Source: Gammaproteobacteria bacterium (GTDB lineage: Bacteria > Pseudomonadota > Gammaproteobacteria > Ga0077536). From it: a stretch of DNA of 64,000 nucleotides. The notes below the pieces were generated by a model. The model did no database searches, was not told where the DNA came from, and worked only from the letters and a program-made list of their open reading frames with translations. The stretch lies in NCBI GenBank assembly GCA_963662545.2, contig CAXXLL010000003.1:1664001-1728000 (forward strand). Direction: 5' to 3'. This document shows positions 54,350 through 64,000 of the stretch, piece after piece (position 1 is the stretch's first letter; each line of letters starts with the position of its first letter). The translations under genes and the position numbers were made by a program.

Positions 54350-55812
54350 CATAGGTTAGTTCTTAAGCGGCCGCATGAACATGCTGAAGGCCGAGCTTGA
54401 GTCGTCCCGAAATGCAATCGCGGTCAGGTTTTGCGCGCTGAGCGTTGCTGGCCAAATAGCGCAACGCGTGTTCGAGCGGTCGGTGTAAAGAGCGGGGCCG
54501 ATGGATAAGCGTATGGAGAATGGGACCGAGCACGTGATGAATGCACTTGGCCGCGGTATGAGTCGAGATGGCGACGTTCAACCAGCGCTCGGTGACATGA
54601 GCGCAATAGCGCTGCAGCGTTGCGGCGCATAGTGCGGCCCAGATAAGCCCTTCGGCGATGTGCGGGTTGGCGGTATCAAAGGCGTGTAGATTGGCGTAAG
54701 ACTTCCACTCTTTGAATAGCAGCTCGACCTGCCAGCGTAATCGATACGCGTCGCTAATATGCTCGGGCGTAAAGGTGGTGGCGTCGAGATTGGTGATGAG
54801 ATAACGAGGTGCTGCACCTTTTTTAAGGTTGGGGTGCACGACTAAACGACAGGTCCAGGGTCCCTGCACGCCGTCGAATTGCACGGCCATGTCGAGGCAA
54901 TCGAAGCGCTTTAAGGTCGATGCCACCGCTTTCAATCGCTGCTTGTCAAAGCGTTTGACCCGCCGCCCATCGGCGCGACGAGCGGCAACGATCAGCGGAT
55001 TGATACCTTGACCCGCGCGCACGATGAAATAGCCGCCGGCGGTGTCGAGCGCTTCAAAGTAAGGCCGCGCGAAGTAGCCACGGTCGGCCAGCAGCAAACC
55101 ACCAGCGACCTCTTCAACGGCCGGCAAGAACTGCCGCTCTGCTGAGCTGTCAGGGCTGAGTACGACCTCGTTCAGGGTCTCACTGAGCAGGTCGAGATCG
55201 GCATGGAGCTCTACCGCGGCGGGACTCACGGTCGTGAAGCGACCGGGAAAGCTGTCCTTCAGCGCCGGTTTTAACGCAAACGAGGTGCCGTCCTGGATGC
55301 GGATGTGGTCAAACTGCGCAAATGGGCTGTTGGGTTCGAATCGGAGGACATCGCAGGCCAGGCCATTGAGCAATTCGCTTAGCAGCGCTTGCATAAACAT
55401 CGGAAACTGTTTTTTGGCGAGCTGATTATGAAACGGTTTGTAGCGCACCGTGGTCGAGCACAGCGCATTGAAAGCGCGTTGAATATCAGCGATACAGCTC
55501 GCTGAGTGCCCGGCGAAGCTTTCGATTAGGCTTACCGCTAAACGGAACGGCGTGACCTCCCTTTCTCGGCGACAGAATCGCGTTGCACGCCCCAAGTCGT
55601 TGAGCGTACGCTCGCCTAGCGTGCGTTTTAACTGCCGGCTCACTGTGCTAATTTCGCTGTGCTTCATCCGATACTCCCAGATCACGAAGCGATAAGTCAT
55701 TCCTCCGGTGTTTTGACGCCGAGCTCGGAACGATTGGTGTTGATTTCATGATCTGATCGGATGGAGCGCTTTTGGTTCCCTCTTTTCAACGGCTTATAAG
55801 ATCCGACCTATG
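54350..55812 (-). mobile_element. IS4-family insertion sequence
   Basis: 10-bp target duplication AGTTCCGCTT (54340-54349, 55813-55822); IR CATAGGTTAGTTCTTA / TAAGATCCGACCTATG. Confidence 0.92.
54363..55700 (-). CDS. IS4-family transposase
   Basis: QDGT, ADRGY, YREK signature YRLRWQVELLFKEWKS. Confidence 0.93.
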   Translation of the reverse strand: MTYRFVIWEYRMKHSEISTVSRQLKRTLGERTLNDLGRATRFCRREREVTPFRLAVSLIESFAGHSASCIADIQRAFNALCSTTVRYKPFHNQLAKKQFPMFMQALLSELLNGLACDVLRFEPNSPFAQFDHIRIQDGTSFALKPALKDSFPGRFTTVSPAAVELHADLDLLSETLNEVVLSPDSSAERQFLPAVEEVAGGLLLADRGYFARPYFEALDTAGGYFIVRAGQGINPLIVAARRADGRRVKRFDKQRLKAVASTLKRFDCLDMAVQFDGVQGPWTCRLVVHPNLKKGAAPRYLITNLDATTFTPEHISDAYRLRWQVELLFKEWKSYANLHAFDTANPHIAEGLIWAALCAATLQRYCAHVTERWLNVAISTHTAAKCIHHVLGPILHTLIHRPRSLHRPLEHALRYLASNAQRAKPDRDCISGRLKLGLQHVHAAA

Positions 55813-55885
55813 AGTTCCGCTTAGGCAGGTCAAGACCTTAGGTCTGTTGCCAGATCATCCGTGGCTCAATTGATGGTCGTAATAT

Positions 55886-55961
55886 CGTGCACTTTGCACG
55901 GTTTCAAACAGGCGAATGCCGGTTGGGTTTCGTGCAATATGCACGCTACTTAATGTTAGGT
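55886..55961 (+). other. attI-like integron recombination region
   Basis: Core GTTAGGT at 55955-55961 with no attC stem upstream; it is the exact complement of ACCTAAC opening the next attC. Confidence 0.55.
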
Positions 55962-56631
55962 GGCAAAACAAGTGCGGAGACCAGATGAGCAGGCGGCAAT
56001 CAACTTAGTATTCCAAGCTTTGATCGAAGAAGGCAAAGTACCCAACGAAGACAGTTCTATTGATGATAATCCTGACTGCGTTTTCGAAATTGAAACCTCT
56101 CGCATAGCCGCCGACTGCACGAATATAAACTTAGAAGCGTTAATGCAATGGAGTAACTCTACGAAGCGTCTCGAACCGGGTAAACAATACGAAATTAGGT
56201 TCGCAATCGAGCCGCATTATTGGGCGAAAAACTCGATCCTTGACAAGCAACCGAAGATTTGCAGCTATAGAGCTAACGGAAAAGCGAACGAAGTATGGCT
56301 AATCATCCACGCGCTTGAAGATCCGGAGCATTTCGATTGCGATGATTCGACTATCGCAATAATGACCGATGCGGTACGTAATATTCAGCCTGATTTCGAC
56401 GAAATTTGGTTCGTACATAAAGATTACCGCCCTACCAGAATCTGGCGAATCGGAGATCCAAAGGTCGCAGAATTCCCTCGATGGGACACAAGTGAATCTG
56501 AATATCCGTTTGAGAGCATTATTCAGTTTAAAAGCACAATTACTTCGACGGGATTGAACGAAACGGTTACATTCGGGGGTGCTTTTGAGGAAATTGTGCT
56601 AGACCCTCTAGATCCTAATTGGCAACATTGA
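55960..56631 (+). CDS. Cassette 1 hypothetical protein (possible PD-(D/E)xK-like nuclease fold)
   Basis: AT-richer ORF starting in the GTTAGGT core site; DNPDCVF...IAADCT. Confidence 0.7.
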   Translation: MAKQVRRPDEQAAINLVFQALIEEGKVPNEDSSIDDNPDCVFEIETSRIAADCTNINLEALMQWSNSTKRLEPGKQYEIRFAIEPHYWAKNSILDKQPKICSYRANGKANEVWLIIHALEDPEHFDCDDSTIAIMTDAVRNIQPDFDEIWFVHKDYRPTRIWRIGDPKVAEFPRWDTSESEYPFESIIQFKSTITSTGLNETVTFGGAFEEIVLDPLDPNWQH

Positions 56632-56747
56632 GTATTGTCATGAAGCCATCTCCTGAGATACACGAAATGCCGTTCAGATTTCCTAGTGAAGTGCAACAAA
56701 GTACCCAAGAATAGGAAAACAAAGTGTCTCAGGCTCCGTTAAACGCT

Positions 56748-58069
56748 TGAGCGGACCGGGAGAAAGGTAACAAAAGTGCCAAGGTAGATGGGTAACACTT
56801 TTGTTATCGATAATGTCGTTTTAGTCGGCCGTAAGCATCTTCGATCCGATTGTATTTTTCAATCATTCGGCCGAGCTTAAGCGTTCCGAAATAGACGTTC
56901 CAAACACCACAGTCGATTTCCTCTAATCCTATGTACTCACCGGCACACGCGATTGAGACAGGCACATGGGTGGAATGCCATCGGATGCCACCGTTGGCAC
57001 TGACGAAGCGCTTGATGAAACGGTCAGGATATTCGAGCGGCGGGATTTTGCTAGGCATTTCTTTGGCAGAAAATTCGTAGAAGTCGGCAGGTGTGAACAT
57101 GTCGAGCGCTTCATGAGGGCGTTCTTCATTGAATTCAATCTGGAACCGATTAAATCGTTTCTGTTGCGCGCGATAGTCCCCGGCCGGAGGTCGAGTCGTC
57201 TCCGCCTTTAAGGTTCGGTGCATCCGTTCGTGTCGGCCATTTTGTTGAGGCTTTCCGGGTTCGATGAGCTCGGGATAAATACCAAGCCTGATCCACCAGG
57301 CAGACAGCGTTGATAATCGACCGAGCGTGTTCGTCGCGAAGGGGACGCCGTTGTCGGTACGGATGCGTTCTGGCAGTCCGTATTCTTTGAATAAGCGGGT
57401 GAACACCGCCTTCGATGGTTCAACGGCGGTCGTGAGTAATGACTGGCATCCGATGAGGTATCGACTAAAGCCATCGGTGACGGTCAACGGGTAACAATAC
57501 CGCCCGTCTTCGGTCTTGAAATGCCCTTTGAAGTCGGCGCCCCAGGTTTGGTTGGGTGCATTCATTCGGGTTTCAGGTTTTCCCGGATGCCCGAGTTTGC
57601 GTGAGCGCCGCGGTGTCCGGATGAATCCTTCACGGATTAGGATGTCATGAATGGTTGTCCGTGTTGGCCACGGCTCTCGCGGGTGCTTCCGCGATAGAAA
57701 CGTCCGCAATTTACGAGCGCCCCAAGTCGGATGACGTTGTCGCGCATCGATGATCAGGCGCTCGAGCCGCGCCGGCGTTTTATGCGGGCAAGTTCTAGGC
57801 CGCCGTGTGCGTTCCTCTAAACCCGCCGGACCTTCGCTTAGATACCGATCAATCCATTTGTAGCCAGTCTTGCGACTGATGCCGTAATGTTCGCACAGCT
57901 CGGTAACTGTCAACAGGTCGCGCAGATAGTCTGCGATGAATTGCGTTTTTTCGTTCATTGGTGACGTTTCTCTCCAGGGCATCGGACTCCTCCTTTGAGG
58001 AACCTAATACCATTGATCTGTCACCCATGTACCTTGACTATAATGTTACCTATCTACCCGGTCCGTACC
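56748..58069 (-). mobile_element. IS481-family insertion sequence (ends approximate)
   Basis: Inverted ends CGGACCGGG-AGAAAGGTAACA / TGTTACCTATCTACCCGGTCCG with sub-terminal repeats. Confidence 0.8.
56804..57982 (-). CDS. IS481-family transposase
   Basis: MPWRET, ISRKTGYKW, WGADFKG, RTDNG, PGKPQQNGRHERMHRTLK, RPHEAL. Confidence 0.94.
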   Translation of the reverse strand: MPWRETSPMNEKTQFIADYLRDLLTVTELCEHYGISRKTGYKWIDRYLSEGPAGLEERTRRPRTCPHKTPARLERLIIDARQRHPTWGARKLRTFLSRKHPREPWPTRTTIHDILIREGFIRTPRRSRKLGHPGKPETRMNAPNQTWGADFKGHFKTEDGRYCYPLTVTDGFSRYLIGCQSLLTTAVEPSKAVFTRLFKEYGLPERIRTDNGVPFATNTLGRLSTLSAWWIRLGIYPELIEPGKPQQNGRHERMHRTLKAETTRPPAGDYRAQQKRFNRFQIEFNEERPHEALDMFTPADFYEFSAKEMPSKIPPLEYPDRFIKRFVSANGGIRWHSTHVPVSIACAGEYIGLEEIDCGVWNVYFGTLKLGRMIEKYNRIEDAYGRLKRHYR

Positions 58070-58077
58070 GCTCCGCC

Positions 58078-58187
58078 ACCTAACAAGGCGCTGAACCGGA
58101 CGTTTCGCAGCGGGCTTTCTTGTGCCGGCGTTGCATTTTCGTCCCAAGAAAGCCCGCTGCGAAACGCCGGTTATCCTAGCGTTAGAT
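58078..58187 (+). other. attC site 1 (110 bp)
   Basis: ACCTAAC...AACCGGACG...long palindrome TTTCGCAGCGGGCTTTCTTG/CAAGAAAGCCCGCTGCGAAA...CGCCGGTT...GTTAGAT. Confidence 0.9.
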
Positions 58188-58217
58188 TGCTTTCCGGCGC
58201 GATGCTAAACTGCAAGT

Positions 58218-58417
58218 ATGTCGGCTAAGAATCAGAGCGGGCTGAATTAGCGAATTCGCTCCTAGAGAGTTTAGAGCCCACAGACCCAGACGCGGACCGT
58301 GCTTGGGCTGAAGAAATCAGGCGGCGAGTAGAAGACCTTAAGGCAGGTCGAGTCGAAACAATCCCGTGGTCTGAAGTACGATCCGAGCTTGAAGCCAAGT
58401 TAAGGTCGATTGGCTGA
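58218..58417 (+). pseudogene. Addiction-module antitoxin (TIGR02574-like), frameshifted at the 5' end; not in the ORF track
   Basis: Manual translation ESERAELANSLLESL...AWAEEIRRRVEDLKAGRVETIPWSEV; the ATG at 58218 is out of frame (200 nt to stop). Confidence 0.75.
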
Positions 58418-58712
58418 GATTCGTTTCCATCCAGATGCGCGCGAAGAACTTGGTGCGGCATTTGATTGGTACTTGGAGCATAGCCCTTCAGCCGGGCAAT
58501 CATTTTTGCGACAAATTGACGAGGCAATCGCGCGCATCGTCGATAATTCGCAAAGCTGGCCAATGCATGTGCACGGCACCCACCGCTTTATCGTTCGAGT
58601 GTTTCCATTTCAAGTCGTTTACCGAACTGACCCGGAAGTCATCGAAATCATCGCGGTTGCCCACGATAAGCGGCGTCCCGGCTATTGGGGCGCACGTGTG
58701 GGCGCAATCTAA
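58410..58712 (+). CDS. RelE/ParE-family toxin (cassette 2)
   Basis: FHPDAREEL..AFDWY, FPFQVVYR, IIAVAHDKRRPGYW; stop codon lies in the attC ATCTAAC. Confidence 0.9.
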   Translation: MAEIRFHPDAREELGAAFDWYLEHSPSAGQSFLRQIDEAIARIVDNSQSWPMHVHGTHRFIVRVFPFQVVYRTDPEVIEIIAVAHDKRRPGYWGARVGAI

Positions 58713-58816
58713 CCAGTGGATCAACCGGACGTGTTACAGCAAGTTTATTTGAAGCGGCTGCGCATTTTCGCTCCAAAGAAACTTGCTGTAACACGCCGGT
58801 TATCCTAGCGTTAGGC
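58707..58816 (+). other. attC site 2 (110 bp)
   Basis: ATCTAAC...AACCGGACG TGTTACAGCAAGTTT/AAACTTGCTGTAACA CGCCGGTTATCCTAGC GTTAGGC. Confidence 0.9.
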
Positions 58817-58869
58817 GACCATTATCTTTTGATATTGCATAGATACCGTGTATTCGTTAATATCATCTA

Positions 58870-59160
58870 ATGATTACGTCATTCGGTGACCGCCGCACCG
58901 AAGATCTATTCCACGGGCGCACCACAAATCGAATCCGGCGACTACCGAAAGACATTATGGACGTCACCGTTCGTAAGTTAGACATGCTAAATGCGGCGAC
59001 CTCGGTCAACGATTTGAGATCACCGCCAAGCAATCGATTAAAGCGTTTAAGGGGCGAATATCAAGGCTTTTACAGTATTCGAGTCAACGATCAATGGCGA
59101 ATCGTCTTCCGATGGGCTAGCGGTGACGCAGCTGAAGTCCGAATCATTGATTATCACTGA
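58870..59160 (+). CDS. higB: HigB-type toxin (cassette 3)
   Basis: MITSF, RKLDML, DLRSPPSNRL, YSIRVNDQWRIVFRW, IDYH. Confidence 0.92.
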   Translation: MITSFGDRRTEDLFHGRTTNRIRRLPKDIMDVTVRKLDMLNAATSVNDLRSPPSNRLKRLRGEYQGFYSIRVNDQWRIVFRWASGDAAEVRIIDYH

Positions 59161-59172
59161 GTAGAAACAACT

Positions 59173-59454
59173 ATGATTCCCGAACATAGAGTCGCAACAC
59201 ATCCAGGCAAAGTGCTACTTCACGAGTTTCTAGAACCACTAGATCAGTCTCAGAAGGGACTTGCCGAACATTTGGGTATCCCAATTCAGCGGGTTAATGA
59301 ACTCGTAAGGGGCAAACGAGGAATAACGCCTGATACTGCGTGGCTTCTTGCATCCGCTCTGAATACGTCGCCCGAGTTTTGGATGAATCTCCAAGTTGCC
59401 TTTGAACTGTCATCAATGACCCCTCCGAAGGGCGTTAAACCATTAGTCGCCTAA
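59173..59454 (+). CDS. higA: HigA-type antitoxin (cassette 3)
   Basis: HPGKVLLHEFLEP, HTH, GKRGITPDTA, PEFWMNLQ. Confidence 0.93.
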   Translation: MIPEHRVATHPGKVLLHEFLEPLDQSQKGLAEHLGIPIQRVNELVRGKRGITPDTAWLLASALNTSPEFWMNLQVAFELSSMTPPKGVKPLVA

Positions 59455-59480
59455 CAAACGGATCAACCGGCGTGTTACAT
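59449..59480 (+). other. Truncated attC site 3 (left arm only)
   Basis: GCCTAACAAACGGATCAACCGG-CGTGTTACA matches the attC2 left arm, then similarity stops. Confidence 0.75.
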
Positions 59481-59526
59481 GCGCTAGACCCTGCAGGCGG
59501 CGAAAGCGATGCCTTTCGTCAATCCA

Positions 59527-59886
59527 TCAGCTGATCGTATCGTCCATCGCGCGAAGACGCCGCGTCATGAGGCGCATAACGTATAACGCAAAAAACGGCG
59601 TTTGCTGAACCAGAAACGTAAAGCGCCTCTCGTCCACGGCTGCAAGCTTACACTTCGTCACCGCCGTCGCGGTCGCGCTGCGCGGGTTGGTGTCGATGAG
59701 CGCCATCTCGCCGAACATCTCTCCCGTTTCGATCGTGCTGATCTGCGTATTGCGCACGCTCAACGCAACTTCACCCTCGATGACGACGTACATCTTGTCG
59801 CCCGGGGCGTCCTCTTCGAAGATCTTGTCGCCCGGTGCGTAGTCGATTAATTCGGTATCGTTTGTGAAAAGACTCAGCAGATCCAC
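59527..59886 (-). CDS. Stand-alone cyclic-nucleotide-binding domain protein
   Basis: IFEEDAPGDKMYVV, FGEMALID..PRSATA. Confidence 0.9.
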   Translation of the reverse strand: MDLLSLFTNDTELIDYAPGDKIFEEDAPGDKMYVVIEGEVALSVRNTQISTIETGEMFGEMALIDTNPRSATATAVTKCKLAAVDERRFTFLVQQTPFFALYVMRLMTRRLRAMDDTIS

Positions 59887-59956
59887 GGGCACATTACCTC
59901 GGTTGGAAATGACTCGATCGGCTGGCAGAGCATATCCTATCGTGCAGGGTCGGAGG

Positions 59957-60976
<1,020 letters not shown>

Positions 60977-61019
60977 TTAATGTACGCGCCCTTCGATCGC
61001 GAATCACGGCCGGACCGAC

Positions 61020-61613
61020 ATGGCTGAACGTATTGCCTGCGTCACGCGGGACACCAAAGAAACCCAGATCGCGCTTACCGTGAATCTGGATGGGGCCGGG
61101 CGCGCCGAGATTAACACCGGCTTGCCGTTCCTGGAGCATATGCTTGATCAGGTTGCGCGCCACGGCGTGATCGATATCCAGATCGACGCCAAAGGCGACC
61201 TTGAAATCGACGCCCATCACACCGTCGAGGACATCGGCATAAGCTTCGGGCAGGCCGTGCTCGAAGCCGTCGGCGACAAGCGTGCAATCCGGCGCTACGG
61301 TCATGCTTACGTTCCTCTCGACGAGGCTCTGTCCCGTGTTGTCATCGACCTTTCCGGTCGCCCAGGCTTGACTTATGAAATCGATTTTCCGCGCGCGCGG
61401 GTCGGCGACTTTGACGTCGACCTGTTCGGGGAATTCTTTCGAGGTTTCGCGAACCACGCCAAGTGTACGCTGCATATCGACAACCTGCGCGGCCGCAACA
61501 CACACCATATTATCGAAACCGTGTTCAAGGCGTTCGGCCGCGCCTTGCGCATGGCCGTCGAACGTGACCCTCGCATGGGAGACGAACTGCCTTCGACCAA
61601 GGGCGTGCTCTAG
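61020..61613 (+). CDS. hisB: Imidazoleglycerol-phosphate dehydratase
   Basis: [27 protein letters not shown]. Confidence 0.97.
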   Translation: MAERIACVTRDTKETQIALTVNLDGAGRAEINTGLPFLEHMLDQVARHGVIDIQIDAKGDLEIDAHHTVEDIGISFGQAVLEAVGDKRAIRRYGHAYVPLDEALSRVVIDLSGRPGLTYEIDFPRARVGDFDVDLFGEFFRGFANHAKCTLHIDNLRGRNTHHIIETVFKAFGRALRMAVERDPRMGDELPSTKGVL

Positions 61614-61767
61614 TGCGCCGTCCCGCGAAAAACTTTCATAATTCGCTGGTCTTTTTCGTCCCCAGCCGTGCTCGTCCTTGCGTAGAGCCCGCTACGCGGC
61701 GTCCTCGCGCCTTGCCAGGAACGAAAAATCCAGCGCGACTTACGCAACTTTTTCACGGGGCGGCGCA
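61614..61767. mobile_element. MITE, 154 bp, family C
   Basis: TIR TGCGCCGTCCCGCGAAAAA / TTTTTCACGGGGCGGCGCA; CTAG direct repeats, the left one containing the hisB stop. Confidence 0.85.
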
Positions 61768-61794
61768 CTAGCAGCCTGTTGTTAGTTTACTAAA

Positions 61795-62445
61795 GTGTCT
61801 ACGGTCGCCGTCATTGATTATGGTGGAAGCAACCTGCGCTCGGTTGTCAAAGCGCTGGAATCGGTGGCGCGTGAGCGCCACCGGATAATCGTCAGTGATG
61901 AAAGCCGCGTTATTCGCGAGGCAGAGCGCGTGGTTTTTCCCGGTCAGGGTGCGCTCGGCGATTGCATGGCGCGCCTCGCGGCCTGCGATCTGACCGAAGT
62001 GGTCTGCGATTGTGCGCAGACGCGTCCCTTTTTAGGCATCTGCCTCGGGCTGCAGTCGCTGATGCCGTTCAGCGAGGAGGACGGGGGCACGGAGGGGCTC
62101 GGGCTTTTCGCAGGCCGGGTCGTCCGCTTCCCAGAGCGCCCGCCTGCCGCGCCCGACGGTAGCCCGCGTAAAGTGCCGCACATGGGATGGAACCAGGTTG
62201 AATGGGCGCGCGCGCATCCCGTCACGGCAGGCATCGGGACGGGCACGCGTTTCTATTTCGTGCATAGCTATTACGTCGTGCCGGAGGATAGCGCCCTGAC
62301 CCTGGGCTCTACCCAATACATCCGTCCATTCACCGCCGCGCTCGCGAGCGGGTATGTATTCGCGACGCAATTCCACCCCGAGAAAAGCGCCGCAGCGGGG
62401 CTCCGACTGCTTGAAAATTTCTTGGCCTGGAACGGCGGCGCCTAA
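61795..62445 (+). CDS. hisH: Imidazole glycerol phosphate synthase, glutaminase subunit
   Basis: IDYG..NLRSV, GICLG, VPHMGWN, YFVHSY, QFHPEKS. Confidence 0.96.
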   Translation: MSTVAVIDYGGSNLRSVVKALESVARERHRIIVSDESRVIREAERVVFPGQGALGDCMARLAACDLTEVVCDCAQTRPFLGICLGLQSLMPFSEEDGGTEGLGLFAGRVVRFPERPPAAPDGSPRKVPHMGWNQVEWARAHPVTAGIGTGTRFYFVHSYYVVPEDSALTLGSTQYIRPFTAALASGYVFATQFHPEKSAAAGLRLLENFLAWNGGA

Positions 62446-62467
62446 GCTTCGGGTTCTTCCACGAATC

Positions 62468-63754
62468 TCATCGCGTCTCACGAGCGACGGCGCGGTAACC
62501 GATATCGCGCCGGTAGAACATGCCCTGCCAATCGATGGTGTCGACGCGCCGGTAGGCTGCGGCCTGCGCATCGCCGACCTTGTCGCCCAGACCCACAACG
62601 CAAAGCACGCGGCCGCCGTTCGTCACGCAGCGATCCTCATCGATACGCGTCCCCGCGTGGAATACCCGAGTCGAAGTTTCGTTACCCGCTGTGAGTCCGT
62701 CGATGACAGCGCCCTTCTCATAAGCACCGGGATAACCAACGGCAGCCAAGACGACGCCGAGCGCCGCCTTGTGATCCCACTCGAGGGCTACCGACCCGGC
62801 ATCCCCATTCAATACGGCGAGGCAGGCGGCGACCAGATCTGATTTGAGCCGCATCATGACGGGCTGGGTTTCGGGATCGCCGAATCGGCAGTTGAACTCG
62901 AGAACCCGGGGTATGCCGTCGGACCCGATCATGACGCCGGCATAGAGAAAACCGCAGTAAGGCCGCCCGTCGCTCCGCATCCCGTCCAAAGTCGGGGCGA
63001 TCACGGTCTGCATGATGCGCTCGTGCATGCGCTCATCGATGACGGGTGCGGGCGAGTAGGCGCCCATCCCCCCGGTATTGGGTCCGCGGTCGCCTTCGTC
63101 GCGGGCTTTGTGGTCCTGCGAGGAAGCGAAGGGAATCGCCGTTACACCGTCGGTCATGCAGATGAAGCTGGCTTCTTCACCATCGAGGAATTCCTCGACG
63201 ACGATGCGCGCACCGGCGGCGCCGAAAGCTTTCTCGGCCAGCATCGACCTTGCAGCGGCCCGCGCCTGTTCGTGATCCTGGGCGATGATGACTCCTTTCC
63301 CCGCCGCCAGGCCGTCGGCCTTGATCACCACCGGAATCGCTTGGGTGTCGATATAGTCAAGTGCGGCCGGCAAATCATCGAAGTTCTCGTAGGCGGCGCT
63401 CGGGATGCCGTGTCGTTTTAAAAAGTCCTTGGTGTAGGACTTGGAAGCTTCGAGGATCGCCGCATCCCGCCTTGGCCCGAAGCATTTGAGGCCGGCCTCG
63501 TCAAAGGCATCGACGATGCCCGCGACGAGGGGGGCTTCGGGGCCGACGATGCTGAGCCCAATCGATTCGTCCGCGGCGAAGCGAGTCAGGCGCTCGATAT
63601 CTTCCGCCCCGATATCGACGTTGCCGACCCCGGCTTCCCGCGCAGTGCCGGCGTTACCGGGCGCGCAGATCACGGCTTCCACCAGCGGCGATTGCGCGCA
63701 TTTCCATGCCAGGGCGTGTTCCCGCCCGCCACCGCCGATGATCAATACCTGCAT
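62468..63754 (-). CDS. purD: Phosphoribosylamine--glycine ligase
   Basis: [35 protein letters not shown]. Confidence 0.98.
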   Translation of the reverse strand: MQVLIIGGGGREHALAWKCAQSPLVEAVICAPGNAGTAREAGVGNVDIGAEDIERLTRFAADESIGLSIVGPEAPLVAGIVDAFDEAGLKCFGPRRDAAILEASKSYTKDFLKRHGIPSAAYENFDDLPAALDYIDTQAIPVVIKADGLAAGKGVIIAQDHEQARAAARSMLAEKAFGAAGARIVVEEFLDGEEASFICMTDGVTAIPFASSQDHKARDEGDRGPNTGGMGAYSPAPVIDERMHERIMQTVIAPTLDGMRSDGRPYCGFLYAGVMIGSDGIPRVLEFNCRFGDPETQPVMMRLKSDLVAACLAVLNGDAGSVALEWDHKAALGVVLAAVGYPGAYEKGAVIDGLTAGNETSTRVFHAGTRIDEDRCVTNGGRVLCVVGLGDKVGDAQAAAYRRVDTIDWQGMFYRRDIGYRAVARETR

Positions 63755-63828
63755 CGCATCCTAACCCGCGAATTTCACGAAGCGTCTAGAGCAACGGCTC
63801 GTCAAAAAGTGGCATTTTCAGCCGCGTG

Positions 63829-64000
63829 TCAATGTCTGAAGTGGCGCTCGCCGGTGAAGACCATGGCGATGTCGTGCTCGTTGGCGGCCGCGATAACCTC
63901 GTCGTCGCGTATCGATCCGCCGGGTTGCACGACGGCGCGGATGCCCGCTTCGGCGGCGGCATCGATGCCGTCTCTGAACGGAAAGAACGCGTCGGATGCC
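63829..64000 (-). CDS. purH: PurH C-terminus (runs off window)
   Basis: Manual translation [11 protein letters not shown]...QPGGSIRD...[11 protein letters not shown]. Confidence 0.95.
   Translation of the reverse strand, partial: ASDAFFPFRDGIDAAAEAGIRAVVQPGGSIRDDEVIAAANEHDIAMVFTGERHFRH

Noticed and set aside
58078-59480. Repeats read as a CRISPR array or REP cluster
   Set aside because: Units are 110 bp, separated by whole genes, with RYYYAAC/GTTRRRY ends: these are attC sites. No cas genes are present.

Overview
This is a GC-rich gammaproteobacterial chromosome segment. Most of it is core housekeeping: lptC-kdsC-kdsD-yrbG, murU, queEC, tol-pal, ruvABC, nadA, aspS, tRNA-Lys, bepA, pfp-hppA, leuS-lptE-holA-proA-nadD-rsfS-maf, typA-dtd, hemF, hisBH and purHD. 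It carries two accessory regions. (1) About 37.46-45.7 kb lies between a truncated ppk1 and an IS-disrupted ppx. It holds a ~997-aa FG-GAP/ASPIC-UnbV + thioredoxin-like gene interrupted by one in-frame TGA followed by a SECIS-like hairpin (candidate selenoprotein). Next to it is a RiPP-type tailoring set: PqqD/RRE-HExxH fusion, YhhC-like 2OG-Fe(II) oxygenase, PqqD/RRE-HPr-kinase-like fusion, and a relic of a further 2OG oxygenase. No radical SAM gene or precursor is visible. (2) About 54.3-59.5 kb is an integron cassette array with no integrase (attI-like site, three cassettes including two toxin-antitoxin pairs), invaded by IS4 and IS481 elements. Several ~160-bp MITEs sit in YTAG targets, mostly at stop codons. 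Several genes look decayed (mltF-like, soxX, ppk1, ppx, one antitoxin). All calls come from reading motifs by eye; no database searches were run.
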